DNA of 64,000 bases from Perna viridis. Its lineage: Eukaryota. The notes beneath the pieces are model-generated. The model ran no database searches. It was given only the letters and a program-made list of their open reading frames with translations, and was not told the DNA's origin. Below are positions 41,001 to 51,467 of the stretch, piece after piece. How positions within the stretch are numbered: position 1 is the first letter of the stretch; each line of letters begins with the position of its first letter. The stretch lies in assembly GCA_037379345.1 (NCBI GenBank), contig CM074520.1, forward strand, positions 29,298,664 to 29,362,663, given 5' to 3'. Position numbers and translations under genes: made by a program.

Positions 41001-41530
41001 AAGTGTATAAAACAATCACTATATGGGGTTGTAGTGCTCGTATAGGGCAACAATCGATACTGGATTTCTAAAGATTGATGTCTCTGACCGGGGCTCAAAA
41101 GTTGGCGGTCGGAGCGATTTTGATACAAAACTTGCATATTTATATTTGCAACGACTTTGACACCCTGCACCGGAATTGTATCAAACTGTCGCTATGTAGG
41201 GTTGTAGTGTTCGAGTAGGGGAATAATAGATAGCCAATCGATACTCGATTGCTAGAGATTGATGTCTCTGACCGGAGCTCAAATGTTGGCGTTTGGGGCG
41301 ATTTTGACACAAAACTTGCATATTTATATTTGCAACGACTTTGACCCCCAATTAACTAGAAGTGTATCAAACAGGCACTATATGGGGCTTGTAGTGCTCG
41401 AATAGGGCAATAATCAACACCAATCGATACTCGATTCCTAGAGATTGATGTCACTGACCGGGGCTCAAAAGTTGGCGGTGGGGGCGATTTTGACACAAAA
41501 CTTCCTAATCTATATTTGCAAGGACTTTGC
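35068..41530. repeat. Satellite array, monomer ~185-186 bp, ~35 copies
   Basis: CCTAGAGATTGATGTC anchor at 35143, 35328, 35514 and onward; several recurring monomer variants. Confidence 0.95.
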
Positions 41531-41685
41531 CTCGGGCCATTATAGGCATACAGAATGTACATGTATAACGTGGCTATTATAAGAGAAACACTTTTATTAA
41601 TTATTTTACTTTTACTAATTGTGATTGCAATTACTCCATATGAATAACTAGGTACCTGTACATGTATTTTTAATCTTGTACTTGT

Positions 41686-41818
41686 NNNNNNNNNNNNNNN
41701 NNNNNNNNNNNNNNNNNNNNNNNNNNNNNNNNNNNNNNNNNNNNNNNNNNNNNNNNNNNNNNNNNNNNNNNNNNNNNNNNNNNNNNNNNNNNNNNNNNNN
41801 NNNNNNNNNNNNNNNNNN
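41686..41818. other. Assembly gap (133 N)
   Basis: Run of N. Confidence 1.
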
Positions 41819-41851
41819 GAAAAGACAACAGTATGAAATCATATGCATTGA

Positions 41852-42376
41852 GACCCGTGCAGGTCCGGGTGTCAAAAGTATTGGCCTGCAGCAGCGCTAA
41901 GTTTGTCGTAAAAGGCGACTAAATAGTGCCCTGAACCATAGTCGGGGGCTAGGGCGCTCTGCCCACAGAGCAAATGGTTTGTGTGCCCAGGTGGTGGAAT
42001 GGGGTACCCAGGCGTGTTACATGCTGAGGTTGTCAGGCTATAATACGGAAAACCTGACCGCAAACCATAGCGGTGCACCGTGTTGGGAAAGATGTTACAT
42101 TCCTCGCACCTTAAAAAACCCTACTGTAGTATTCTCCCGGAGTAGGAACCATAGGGCTCCGCCACAGGAGGCTAAATTGCCCGACCCTACCCACTTCTCC
42201 CTATTTCCAGCGGCAATCAAAATTTTTCGACCCCATTATCCTTGTGTCCCATCGCATTTTTTATTTCATCATCATTTCATGTTCATTTTATCATCCAATT
42301 CATGGTCATCGCCTGAATATAGCTGGAATATTGCTGCTCGGGCGTTAAAACCTAACAAACAAACAAACAGACAAAC
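41852..42376 (+). mobile_element. SINE-like retroposon copy 3 (apparently full length, 525 bp)
   Basis: Starts GACCCGTGCAGGTCCGGG and ends GCTGGAATATTGCTGCTCGGGCGTTAAAAC(CT)(AAAC)n; 14-bp TSD ATCATATGCATTGA at 41838-41851 and 42377-42390. Confidence 0.92.
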
Positions 42377-42457
42377 ATCATATGCATTGATAATAGATTC
42401 TGACTATGTCCTGAAATAAAGTTGGTTAATAAAAGTATCAATGCATGGCTTTTTCCA

Positions 42458-42550
42458 TATTGGCCTTGTAACATGCCCGTGGTATTAATAATGACTTTGG
42501 ATGGCTGTAATTGCCATTATTAATACATCGGGCATGTTACAGGGCCATAC
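42458..42550. repeat. Imperfect palindrome
   Basis: GGCCTTGTAACATGCCCG-TGGTATTAATAATG is mirrored by CATTATTAATACA-TCGGGCATGTTACAGGGCC. Confidence 0.75.
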
Positions 42551-43249
42551 ATTATTACTATAATAATCATGATAATAGTATTACACCCGTCTAATTTATG
42601 TCGATGATTAAAACTCCCAAAACATTACATGTATACATGCATTTACATGTGCATAGAAGTCATTCAACATGTTTTATTTTGTCTAGAACGATTATTAACT
42701 TTTAACATACTTTGTTTCAGTCTTGCTGCCTTAATGGTTAATCTTGTGGTACTATTTTTATACAAGTATACCAAGGTCACAATAGCAGGTAAATACAGTG
42801 AGAGGGGTATGTTAGATAAGTGACAGAACCGTCTAAGTGGTCTCGTTGTAGCTACCTTGCTCGAGTGAGAAATGTAGTGAATTTGATTCCTAGTCTTTAA
42901 ATTGGGTAGTCATTGCTTCTCCACTAAGTACGTGGCATAAATGAGACACATGTGCATGTAGAATGACAACGGATTTAGTAGGAGACTAATAGTAGTTTGG
43001 GTTAATAGTATGACACACGGCTGTTTAAGTCCTATTCGGAAGAAAATTATCGCTAGTTTTTTTTCATATTTATGTACATTGTATGCCGCCGTAATCTACC
43101 TTGGTCGATTTTACTGAAATTTTCAGGTTTTCGGAGGGTACCCTAATTGCATTCTTTGAATACGACTTAAACAATTTAAAGCAAAATATCTCTTAATTGG
43201 TACGCATGCATTAGTTTTAGAAACTCCTTTTTGTAAAATGTAATTCCAA

Positions 43250-43870
43250 ATCATCTTCCAAAAATACGGAAGATGATGTTTTCAACATGCTTGAATTTTT
43301 GATCGACAACATATTTCTCCAGTGTGGTGGACGCGTTTTTCATCAAAAGGTAGGCATTCCAATGGGAACAAATTGTACTTCTCTACTTGCTGGCTATTCG
43401 CTCACTTTTATGAGGGTGACTGTATAGCTGATCTGATCCGAAAGAAAGGAAATTGTTTAGCTAGATCTTTAAAATTTAGTTTCCGTTATATAGATGACGT
43501 AATATCGTTAACAAATCCTAGTTTCTGGGATTTTATACATTGCATCTACCCCAAAGAACTTGAGATAAAGGACACTATAAGACACTGTGAAGTCAGCCGC
43601 ATACCTTGATCTACACTTAGAGATCGATGGTAAAGGAAAACTGTCGACCAAACTGTACGACAAACGTGATGACTTTTCATTTAAAATTGTCAACTTGGTC
43701 CATGCTCCCAGTTTGTAGTGGAGTCCGACTTTCTCATTCACTTTCGTTACTTTGTATTTATTATTTTAGTTACTTTATGTTAGTTGTCGTGTTTGATTGT
43801 TCTCTATTTCTGGTCTTGGTCCCTGGATTACATTTTTGATTACCGCTATAACCTTGGTTACCTTTGGTAA
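43250..43870 (+). pseudogene. Penelope-like element RT fragment plus terminal sequence
   Basis: MLEFLIDNIF, GIPMGTNC, FRYIDDV, IYPKELEIKDT, YLDLHLEID, LYDKRDDF; the 43810-43865 segment has a diverged copy at ~934-990. Confidence 0.8.
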
Positions 43871-44815
43871 AATTTATGTAATTTTGAATAATAGTATGGA
43901 TTATCTCGCATTAATGATAAAAAAAATGCTATTTTTTCGATGTCAATTCTTTTTAATATTTTCCTTTTTAATATACTGGAAGGATATAGTGCAAGAACTT
44001 TACAACAAAACGTCGTGCATGTTGACTCATTTATCGAATATCTCGAGTGGTTGCCTTAACCGTATAAGGAAACATTTGTTTTCTGCAGACACCCACTTTT
44101 TGTCGTAGATGTTCAAATAAAACTATCTGCACAGGGTTTGGTCATATATTAGTTCATGTTTTTTTTATAATAATGAATCATGCTTGATCATGTAAGACAT
44201 GATTTTTCCCGAAATGGCACATTCAAAATAACAAATAGGAATTTGTTGTCCAAGTCGAAAAGTTAAGGTACAAAAGTGTGATGTTTTTTTTTATAAAACA
44301 CATGCACGATTTTAGTTTATAAATTCAAAAACTTTGATGGTTGTAAGGGATCAATATGCCCATGGGGCAACCTCTGCTCTATCACCCGATATATAATATT
44401 GCTGTCATACTGTTAAGGCAAATTAACGAAAATCGCTACCCTGCTACACTAAAAATTGCTTCAAATAATGGCTCCAAGATTGGTGATACATGCTTACATA
44501 TACATGTTCATGCGGGCTGTTGTCTCTATGAACTAAATGTAGCACTATAAAGATCGACTAGTACGACTAGTACAAAGCAGGTTATGTCCGATTTGCCAAA
44601 TTTTGCAACCTTTTTTTCCTAATATGCATGGAATGATTTCCACCAATATACTAAATGTAAGCCAAAATTGGAAAGATCCTCAATGTATGCATTTTATACA
44701 TTTAACACAGACAAAATTTTCGAAAATCTCCTTACAGAAATAACAAGAACTATATGCATTATACAACTTGTACATTTTTGTAGTACATAACCAATAATCT
44801 TATCTTCTTTTTCAG

Positions 44816-45106
44816 TCAAATGGTCCCTAAGAACAGACCCTATTGTGTTTAAACATGATGTGACGCTTTTTTGTTCTCTCCCAAACAACTTTAATAAGGG
44901 TTATCCACGACAATGGAAAAGAGATAATAAGGTGTTGATTTCAGATGAGGGTCCTGCGAACAAATATAAGTACGAAGGATTATTGGAACAAGATGGTTTT
45001 ACTCTTACAATAAAAAACTTTGCGATGGAAGATTTTAGTCAGAATTATTCTTGTCTGTACGGATTTGAGGAGTATACGGCGAATCTGAAAACAACAAATT
45101 ACCAAT
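44816..45106 (+). CDS. Host-gene internal exon encoding an Ig-like domain
   Basis: Polypyrimidine-TTTTCAG acceptor and GTAAGT donor; 291 nt, phase 1-1, no stops; VTLFC...RQWKRD...FTLTIKNF..ED...YSC fits the Ig C-W-C pattern. Confidence 0.75.
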
Positions 45107-45159
45107 GTAAGTATTCGATATATCATTGTACATTGCGGTAATTAAAACAAAAGTTTATC

Positions 45160-45365
45160 AATTATGGACTTTAAACGAAGTCAATACGTTATATATTGAC
45201 TTGTTCAGGTCATAATGACCGAGGACGAAGTCCGATGTCAATATAATCTAACAAGTCTATTTTTAACGTATTGACTGAGTGAAAATCCTTAATTTGAAGT
45301 CCGATGTCAATATAATCTAACAAGTCTATTTTTAACGTATTGACTGAGTGAAAATCCTTAATTTG
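45160..45365. repeat. Palindrome with a 69-bp tandem duplication of its right arm
   Basis: AGTCAATACGTTA...ACTTGTT arms pair with AACAAGT...TAACGTATTGACT around CCGAGGACGAAGTCCGA; the duplicated unit starts at 45227 and 45296. Confidence 0.75.
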
Positions 45366-46488
45366 TATATTTCATATGTAGATAATATATTTTCGTTTTG
45401 TCTGTGACGCTTTCGCCGTCACTGGCTAAGAGTAATTACGGAACGGAACGGAACATACCCGGATCTAAATTTAGTAGTATAGCGTCAATATATTTAAAAA
45501 TAGAAACCAGGCCTCATGTACGTGAAATATGCTTTGCATCACGTGATCATAATAACCAATCAACAAAGTAGACCGTTACACCATATGTCATATTAAAAGT
45601 TATTCAATGAATCTTGTCTGCAGCAATTGAAACCCATTAGGACTGAGATATTTGTTCTGTTAAGGACAACGTTCGGTTTACACAGGTTAAAATATTGAAA
45701 TTGATAGGAAAGGACAGTTTACACTGCACATGGTTACTGGTTTATTCAGTGTTCAGTTTAGACAAATATCACTTTACGCTGAAGTTGCAATATAAAACAA
45801 CGATGTGTTTATAGCAATGAGCCACTTCCGGGAGGTTCGAAATTCGATACATGTAGCATGTGTATGCAGTGTATAACACATGTTACATGTACTTAAACCA
45901 TTGTTGTGACGTCAACCTATTGTTTTAACAGAGGTTTTTTTACGAATCAACGGTGAACATTCAGTTATAGATAAAACTTTCCAAAAACAAGTCAGTGAGT
46001 AGTTTAAAGAAAGTGTAAGCCGTGTTCGATTTATCAGTGCGCCACTAATTACCATTTGTCCAAAAAGAACTAACGAAAAAATTCAAATTCAGTCATTTTA
46101 TTAACATTGACTTCTGAATGTATATCCGCGAATCCAAGTTGGGTTTCAGTTAATCCTTTCGCCAGTTTGTTTACCTGGCGTTTAACTGTACATTTTGCTT
46201 GCTTCATAGTGATAACTTGCGATTTCATGTGCTAGAGTACATGCACTTAATTTTGTATAATATGATAGCTACTTTTAAGGACCACATTTGTTTAAAGGAT
46301 TTTGTTTTCAAAATAAGAAGGAAATGGAGACAAACCTTTTAGCTTTTTCATTGGAAAAAATATTATGATAAATATGCCGATCGGAAATTCGAAAAAAAAA
46401 ATCGAATTGACGATCTAGCTCTTCGGTATGGTCATGTCATAGTAACTCCGTATCATCAACTGTTCACATATTTACCTCTTGCTATGGA

Positions 46489-46615
46489 AGTAGTGTCAAA
46501 AGGCCGATTCTGCCCCACATGCAGAAATCCTGCATAAAATCCCCAACCCCGACGGCCAAATGCAAACGGACGGCATCCCTATTGAGCATAGGGTAAATAC
46601 AAGAATTATGGCTTT
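46489..46615 (+). repeat. Polinton left TIR
   Basis: Exact reverse complement of 55300-55426. Confidence 0.97.
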
Positions 46616-48550
46616 TGCACATAGCATGAGTCAGGTCGCCCCAGAGGATAGTGGGGATGTGGATAAGGACACCTTAAAGAGAGGTGTGTCACAGATTGAA
46701 ATAAATAAAGGGATGGCATCCAATAGTGATAATATGGATCGCTTCCAGGATTTCTTTCTGGAAAATCAAGAAGATTTGGAGGATACCATTCCAACCCCAA
46801 TCCCCCAAAGGCAGCAGCAGTGCTGCGATAACCCCAACATGGCGCAGACGGATAAGCATACCTAGATGTGCCAAAATTGTGGTGCGCAGTCCGCCAAGCC
46901 GCGATTTGAGCATCAACCAGATGGGGAGCAGAAGACCACCTGCGATTATCCACTGAAAAGGAAGAAGGGGCAGTTCTGCAAGAGCAAGCCCGGGATGGGT
47001 GGTCGCTGCTGGAGGCATAGCAAGCAACCACGCCAGCAGGAGGAAGAGGTCATCCCAGTCGAGGGGAAGATGGTGGTCAAAGAAACCATGAAGACCCTCC
47101 GTGAAATAGCTAAGGATGAGGGTCTGAGGGGATTCAGTAGGAAGAACAAGGAGGCCTTGGTGAAGCTCATCGAGGAGAAAACCGTAAATGTACCCGTAGG
47201 GAAGTCTTCAGCAAGATGCAGCTGAAAGCACTCGCCAAGAATCGCGGGCTCACCAGGTACTCCCGGCTCAAGAGAGAGGATCTACTCCAGCAGGTGGAAG
47301 AGAGCATCAGAAGCGCCCCAGTCGAAGAGGAGATCAAGATCACCGATAGGCGTCAGGCACTGAATGGGGTATTTGGCACGGTCGTCATCGAACCTTTGAA
47401 GCCGCACGACGTGGCCACCTATCTGAAGGTAAGTCGAAGCACCATCACCACCACCATCTCCGATCCGCTTGCTCAAAAGAAGGGATTGAAGGTGAACTTA
47501 GTGCTTCTTGCAGAGCTGGTGAGGACCAACCCCGCGACCGGAGAAAATACCTACGTCACCCCTTACTTCCGATCACGCACGACAATGATCGGAGAATCTG
47601 ACGACCTCGAATCGGAGATCACCTACATGATTGAGAAGATCAAGGAAAGTATGACAAAGTACATGCGTGAAGGTAGTGGGTGGACTTTCGGCAGCGTCGA
47701 GAAGCTAGAAGTCCACCTCAACCAATTCAAGCCGCTCAAGGGGGCTTCCTTCATACCGACCCCATCAGCACTCGCGAAAAAGAAGGCCATCATCAACGTG
47801 CGGAACGAGGATCAGGAGTGCTTCAGATGGGCTATCCTCTCTGCTCTTCATCATGAGGAGGTGGACCAGAAACATACCAATCGCCCCAGTCAGTACGCAA
47901 AGTGGGAGAATGAGCTAAAATTCGAAGGCATCGACTTCCCGGTTTCGCTCAAGGCAATCGATAAATTTGAAAGGCAGAATCCTGCCATCAACGTCAACGT
48001 CTTCGGTTTCAACGGCGTAAAGAAGGGTGAGGATGAGGAAGAGGATCTCCTGGTCTATCCCCTCAGGATATCTAAGAATACGGGCCCCACCCACGTAGAT
48101 CTTCTCTTCCTGACTCGGGAAGGCAAGCAGCATTACTGCTGGATCAAGAGCTTCTCTCGACTCCTGAGCTCTCAAATCTCAGAGCATGGTCATGAGCTCT
48201 TCTTCTGTCGCAGATGCCTCTCCCTTTTCTCCAGGCAGGATCTCTTGGACGATCATATGGAATATTGCAGCCAGAAGGATGCCATCAGGATCGAGATGCC
48301 GGAGGAAGGATCCGCCATAGCCTTTCACAACCACAAGAAGCAGATGAGAGTCCCATTCGCGATCTATGCGGACTTTGAATGCTTCACGGAGAAGATCGAT
48401 ACCTGCCAGCCCGATCCGACCAAGTCCTACACGAAGCAATATCAGCAGCACCGACCATCAGGTTTCTGCTATCGCGTGAAGTATGCCCACGGCGACTACA
48501 AGGAATCGGTCGTCTACTGCGGGGAAGATGCGGCTAAGAAATTCGTGCAG
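46608..48550 (+). pseudogene. N-terminal half of a protein-primed family B DNA polymerase with accessory zinc-finger and helix-extension-helix modules
   Basis: Stop at 46863 and frameshift at ~47220; two LxxxAKxxGLxx(F/Y)SRxx(K/R)ExL repeats; GSGW, IINVRNEDQECFRWAIL, HYCWIK, CRRC..H..C, ExoI IYADFEC; breaks off at ~48550 with no polymerase motifs A-C. Confidence 0.85.
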
Positions 48551-48870
48551 TGCATCGCATCACTAGTCTGGGATTGCCACGGGATAGCTCAGACGCGGTC
48601 ACGAAGCGATGGGTCAATCAGCAGATGAAAGACGGTATGAAAGACCTCGAAGAGCTAGAATCGGAAATGAAGCAGATGCAGATGACCATCAAGCGGATGC
48701 AAAGGGAGTATGACGCATCCATCAAAGACCTTACCAAAAAACTAATGACCGTGGAAGATGGTAAAGTCGATAAGTCGGAGTGCGTCTCGACCAATGGCGG
48801 CTTGATGACTAAGGACCTAAATATGCAAAAAATATCACCTGCTAAATCTCCCTCTCCCCAGGACTGCGTC
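48551..48870 (+). pseudogene. Fragment of a fibre-like/coiled-coil protein
   Basis: RITSLGLPRDSSDAVTKRWV and GGLMTKDLNM resemble viral fibre-shaft repeats (I..L..P....DA.TK.YV); a heptad-rich segment lies between them. Confidence 0.5.
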
Positions 48871-49557
48871 GCTAGGGCCTGGGCGATGGTAAAGATCTCC
48901 GTCCAGCGCGGAGTATATCCCTTCTCGAAGATGCCCTTCTTCTTGGTGGTCCGGACCTGATCGCCGACGTCGAATGGCTGAGGCTGCATGGATGGGAGGT
49001 CTCCGTAGAGATTCCAGAAGACCTTGGCCTCGTGCTCTTTCTGGCTGGCGGCGATGGGGGTCATCTTCATGGATCGATGCTTGGAGGTATTATACTGGTG
49101 GACGAGATCGTCCAGGACGGGAAGGTAGGCGCGCGTGGAATTGGCCGAAAAGTATTTGAACATCTCCTTCATGGTACGATTCCAGCGCTCCACCAGGCTC
49201 GATTTCTCTTCGTCCTCGGTGGAGTAGAGATCGACGTCGTGCTTCCGGAGCAGATCCTTCACCTCGCGATTATAAAATTCCGTGCCCTTATCGGTCCAAA
49301 GCTTCTCGGGCGTGCGATCCTTGAAGACGGTCCGGAAGGCATCTCGCAACGTGGTGCCTTTCTTATCCGTACATGGAGAAGACGTCGATGATGCTCAGAA
49401 GGTATTTGAAGCCTCGATTATTGCGGGAGAAGGCGCTCATATCTACGAGATCGGCAGCCCAGGTATCATCCACCCCATCTACCACCACGCGGCGCTTCTG
49501 AAATTTGCGCCGGACTGGCTTGTGCAGCTCTTCGGCTAGCTCATCCGTCCATCGGAC
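48868..49557 (-). pseudogene. Polinton retroviral-type (rve) integrase with small deletions and a truncated C-terminus
   Basis: WTDELAEELHKPVRRKF, WAADLVDM, YLLSIIDVFS (manual translation), then LWTDKGTEFYN, VERWNRTMK, FEKGYTPRWT: complete D-D-E triad. Confidence 0.92.
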
Positions 49558-49880
49558 TTTTTTTTTCCCACGCCCAGGCCAAATCGTGCTTTGGTGCCGA
49601 TGATGGGTCTGACGATGCCACGCTCGAGGCGCTCGCGTGCGGTGGGATTGGGTATGGCATCGAGGGAGGCTAGCATCGTCTTATCGCAGATCGAATTTCG
49701 TGCGGCCGTATCCTTATGCTTGGCGTAGCAAAGATCGTGGCGATAGGCGGCCTCATCGACTCGGTTGATGGGTCTAGACCAAGGTTTGGGGGTGCCGTCG
49801 GCATTGAGTCGCTGGCTGAGTCTGGTCCCCGGACCGGTGAAATTATGCCCCGGCAGATGTATCTCGATGGGCAGCCGCAC
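49536..49880 (-). CDS. Parvovirus VP1u-type phospholipase A2 (PLA2X); 5' end uncertain
   Basis: LPGHNFTGPG Ca-binding loop and DEAAYRHDLCY catalytic HD motif. The upstream ATG at 49976 begins a frameshifted YCLKC...CAECG zinc ribbon that is probably the true N-terminus. Confidence 0.8.
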   Translation of the reverse strand: MRLPIEIHLPGHNFTGPGTRLSQRLNADGTPKPWSRPINRVDEAAYRHDLCYAKHKDTAARNSICDKTMLASLDAIPNPTARERLERGIVRPIIGTKARFGLGVGKKKSDGRMS

Positions 49881-49976
49881 TCGGCACAGGTCCCCACCTT
49901 CCGCCGCCGCCGTCCGTCGTCGCTCATGATTACGGCGCGATTATTCGTCTCCGCACTTCAAGCAGTATATTCCCAT

Positions 49977-49989
49977 TGTATATAGATAA
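49977..49989. promoter_or_regulatory. 13-bp spacer between divergent start codons containing the shared TATAGATAA motif
   Basis: CAT(49974-76)-TGTATATAGATAA-ATG(49990); the motif recurs at 51860, 53678 and 54253, with a variant at 50746. Confidence 0.6.
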
Positions 49990-50748
49990 ATGGACGTTGA
50001 AGACCTTACCTACGATGAGCCCGCCGCGAGTCGTCGGCATAACCACTTTCTCCTCCCGCAGCGATCCATCCGAGGTCTGATCATCGGGAAGTCAGACTGC
50101 GGCAAGACGACTCTGCTGACTCTCCTGCGCGATGGATGGCTCGATTACGATCGCCTCTACGTCTTCGGAAAATCGCTCCACCAGCCCATCTATCAGCTGC
50201 TGCGGCAGGCGCTGGGGAAAGGATTTTCGAAAGACGATATCCGCGACCTTCTCTCCATCAAGGATCGCTATCCCCACTCTCTGGTCGACGTGGTGCAAAT
50301 GATGAAGCCGCCGTCCAAGCCTAGCGGTATCGAACCCTTCTTCTTCGAGGAGGCGAGCGACGTGCCCGATCCTCGAGAGCTCGATCCCGCCCGCAAAAAC
50401 CTCATGGTCTTCGACGATCTGATGCTGAGCAAGCAGAGCAAGTGCGAGGATTACTACGTGCGCGGTCGCCATAATAACGTCGACTGCTTCTACCTCTGCC
50501 AAAATTACTTCAAGCTCCCGCGGCAATCGATCCGGGAGAATGCCAACTTCATCTGCCTCTTCGAGCAGGATGCTACGAATCGCGATCATATCCGCCGGGA
50601 CCACTGCGGCGATCTCACCCCAGCCCAATTCGATGCCTTATGCGACCACTGCTGGGCTAAGCCTCACGGATTTTTGACTATCGATCTCACGAGTTCCAAG
50701 ACGGCTGGAAAGTATAGATGCATTCTAGACGATTTCTATCGAGTCTAA
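49990..50748 (+). CDS. A32/FtsK-like genome packaging ATPase
   Basis: Walker A GKSDCGKTT, Walker B LMVFDD, RGRH arginine motif, QNYFKLP, IRENAN, KPHGFLTID; 252-aa open frame. Confidence 0.9.
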   Translation: MDVEDLTYDEPAASRRHNHFLLPQRSIRGLIIGKSDCGKTTLLTLLRDGWLDYDRLYVFGKSLHQPIYQLLRQALGKGFSKDDIRDLLSIKDRYPHSLVDVVQMMKPPSKPSGIEPFFFEEASDVPDPRELDPARKNLMVFDDLMLSKQSKCEDYYVRGRHNNVDCFYLCQNYFKLPRQSIRENANFICLFEQDATNRDHIRRDHCGDLTPAQFDALCDHCWAKPHGFLTIDLTSSKTAGKYRCILDDFYRV

Positions 50749-50756
50749 GATAAAGA

Positions 50757-51397
50757 ATGGATTACTTGAAGGAATTTTTCCTGGAGAATCAGTTCGAGCT
50801 AGAGAAAGGTCGATCTCCATCGATCGCTGAGTTATGGGGATAACTCTTTGATATACTCTCCAAGCCCCCTCCATGGCTGGATAGGTGCGAGGGGTGCTCT
50901 GCGGATCACTTTTTTGACCGATACGGGGAAGAGTGTGAGTGCAAACCTCTCGGCGATATTTGCAACCCCTGCATCCGCCAGCATCTGGGCGAATTTGGAA
51001 AGTGTGAGTGCCGCTGCCGCCATAGCCTTGAGGATGGCTTCTGCAATAAGTGCGGACTCACGCTCATTCGCCGCATCGATCATCAGGATTTCGAAGGAAG
51101 GACCTATAATCCCCACTAACGTCGCAAACCTAAGCCGCCGCCCGGACCCCCGTGCTCCGTCAAGACCGTCAGTGCACGTATCCCTCCATACCGGGCAGTG
51201 ATAAGTGCAAGAGGCATTCGAAGCTTTTCCCTGGGAAATGCTATCGTATCCACGAGAAGGCTATATACGTGCCCACATTTGCCATCTACTGGTCGGGCGT
51301 AAAGGTGAGGATGGTGGGGGAGTGCGATCTCCTCAAAGGCGTGAAGAGGATCGACCGCGAGCCCTTCTGCTCCTCCAAATGCATGGAGAGTGCGTAG
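50757..51397 (+). pseudogene. Cys-rich multi-zinc-finger protein (two in-frame stops, one frameshift)
   Basis: Manual translation MDYLKEFFLENQ...*...CEGC...CEC...CNPC...CECRC...CNKCG...*, then RQCTYPSIPGSDKCKRH...FCSSKC; preceded by the AGATAAAGAATG motif variant. Confidence 0.6.
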
Positions 51398-51467
51398 AAT
51401 CTTCGGGAATCCACGGTTTTTTGCATCCCGCTGAGGCAAGAGGCAAAAAGCATGGGAGATGGCTTGA

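Noticed and set aside
35144-41562. Many minus-strand ORFs of 60-213 aa
   Set aside because: They are translations of the satellite monomer in several frames, with no domain signal
41872-42419. Similar ORFs in the SINE copies (also 7454, 23420, 58414)
   Set aside because: Frames and stops differ between copies; the similarity is at the DNA level only
46560-46607. MQTDGIPIEHRVNTRI leaders on ORFs 46560 and 55355
   Set aside because: Identical because both lie in the TIR; the downstream ATG at the TIR edge is the more plausible start, though this is not proven
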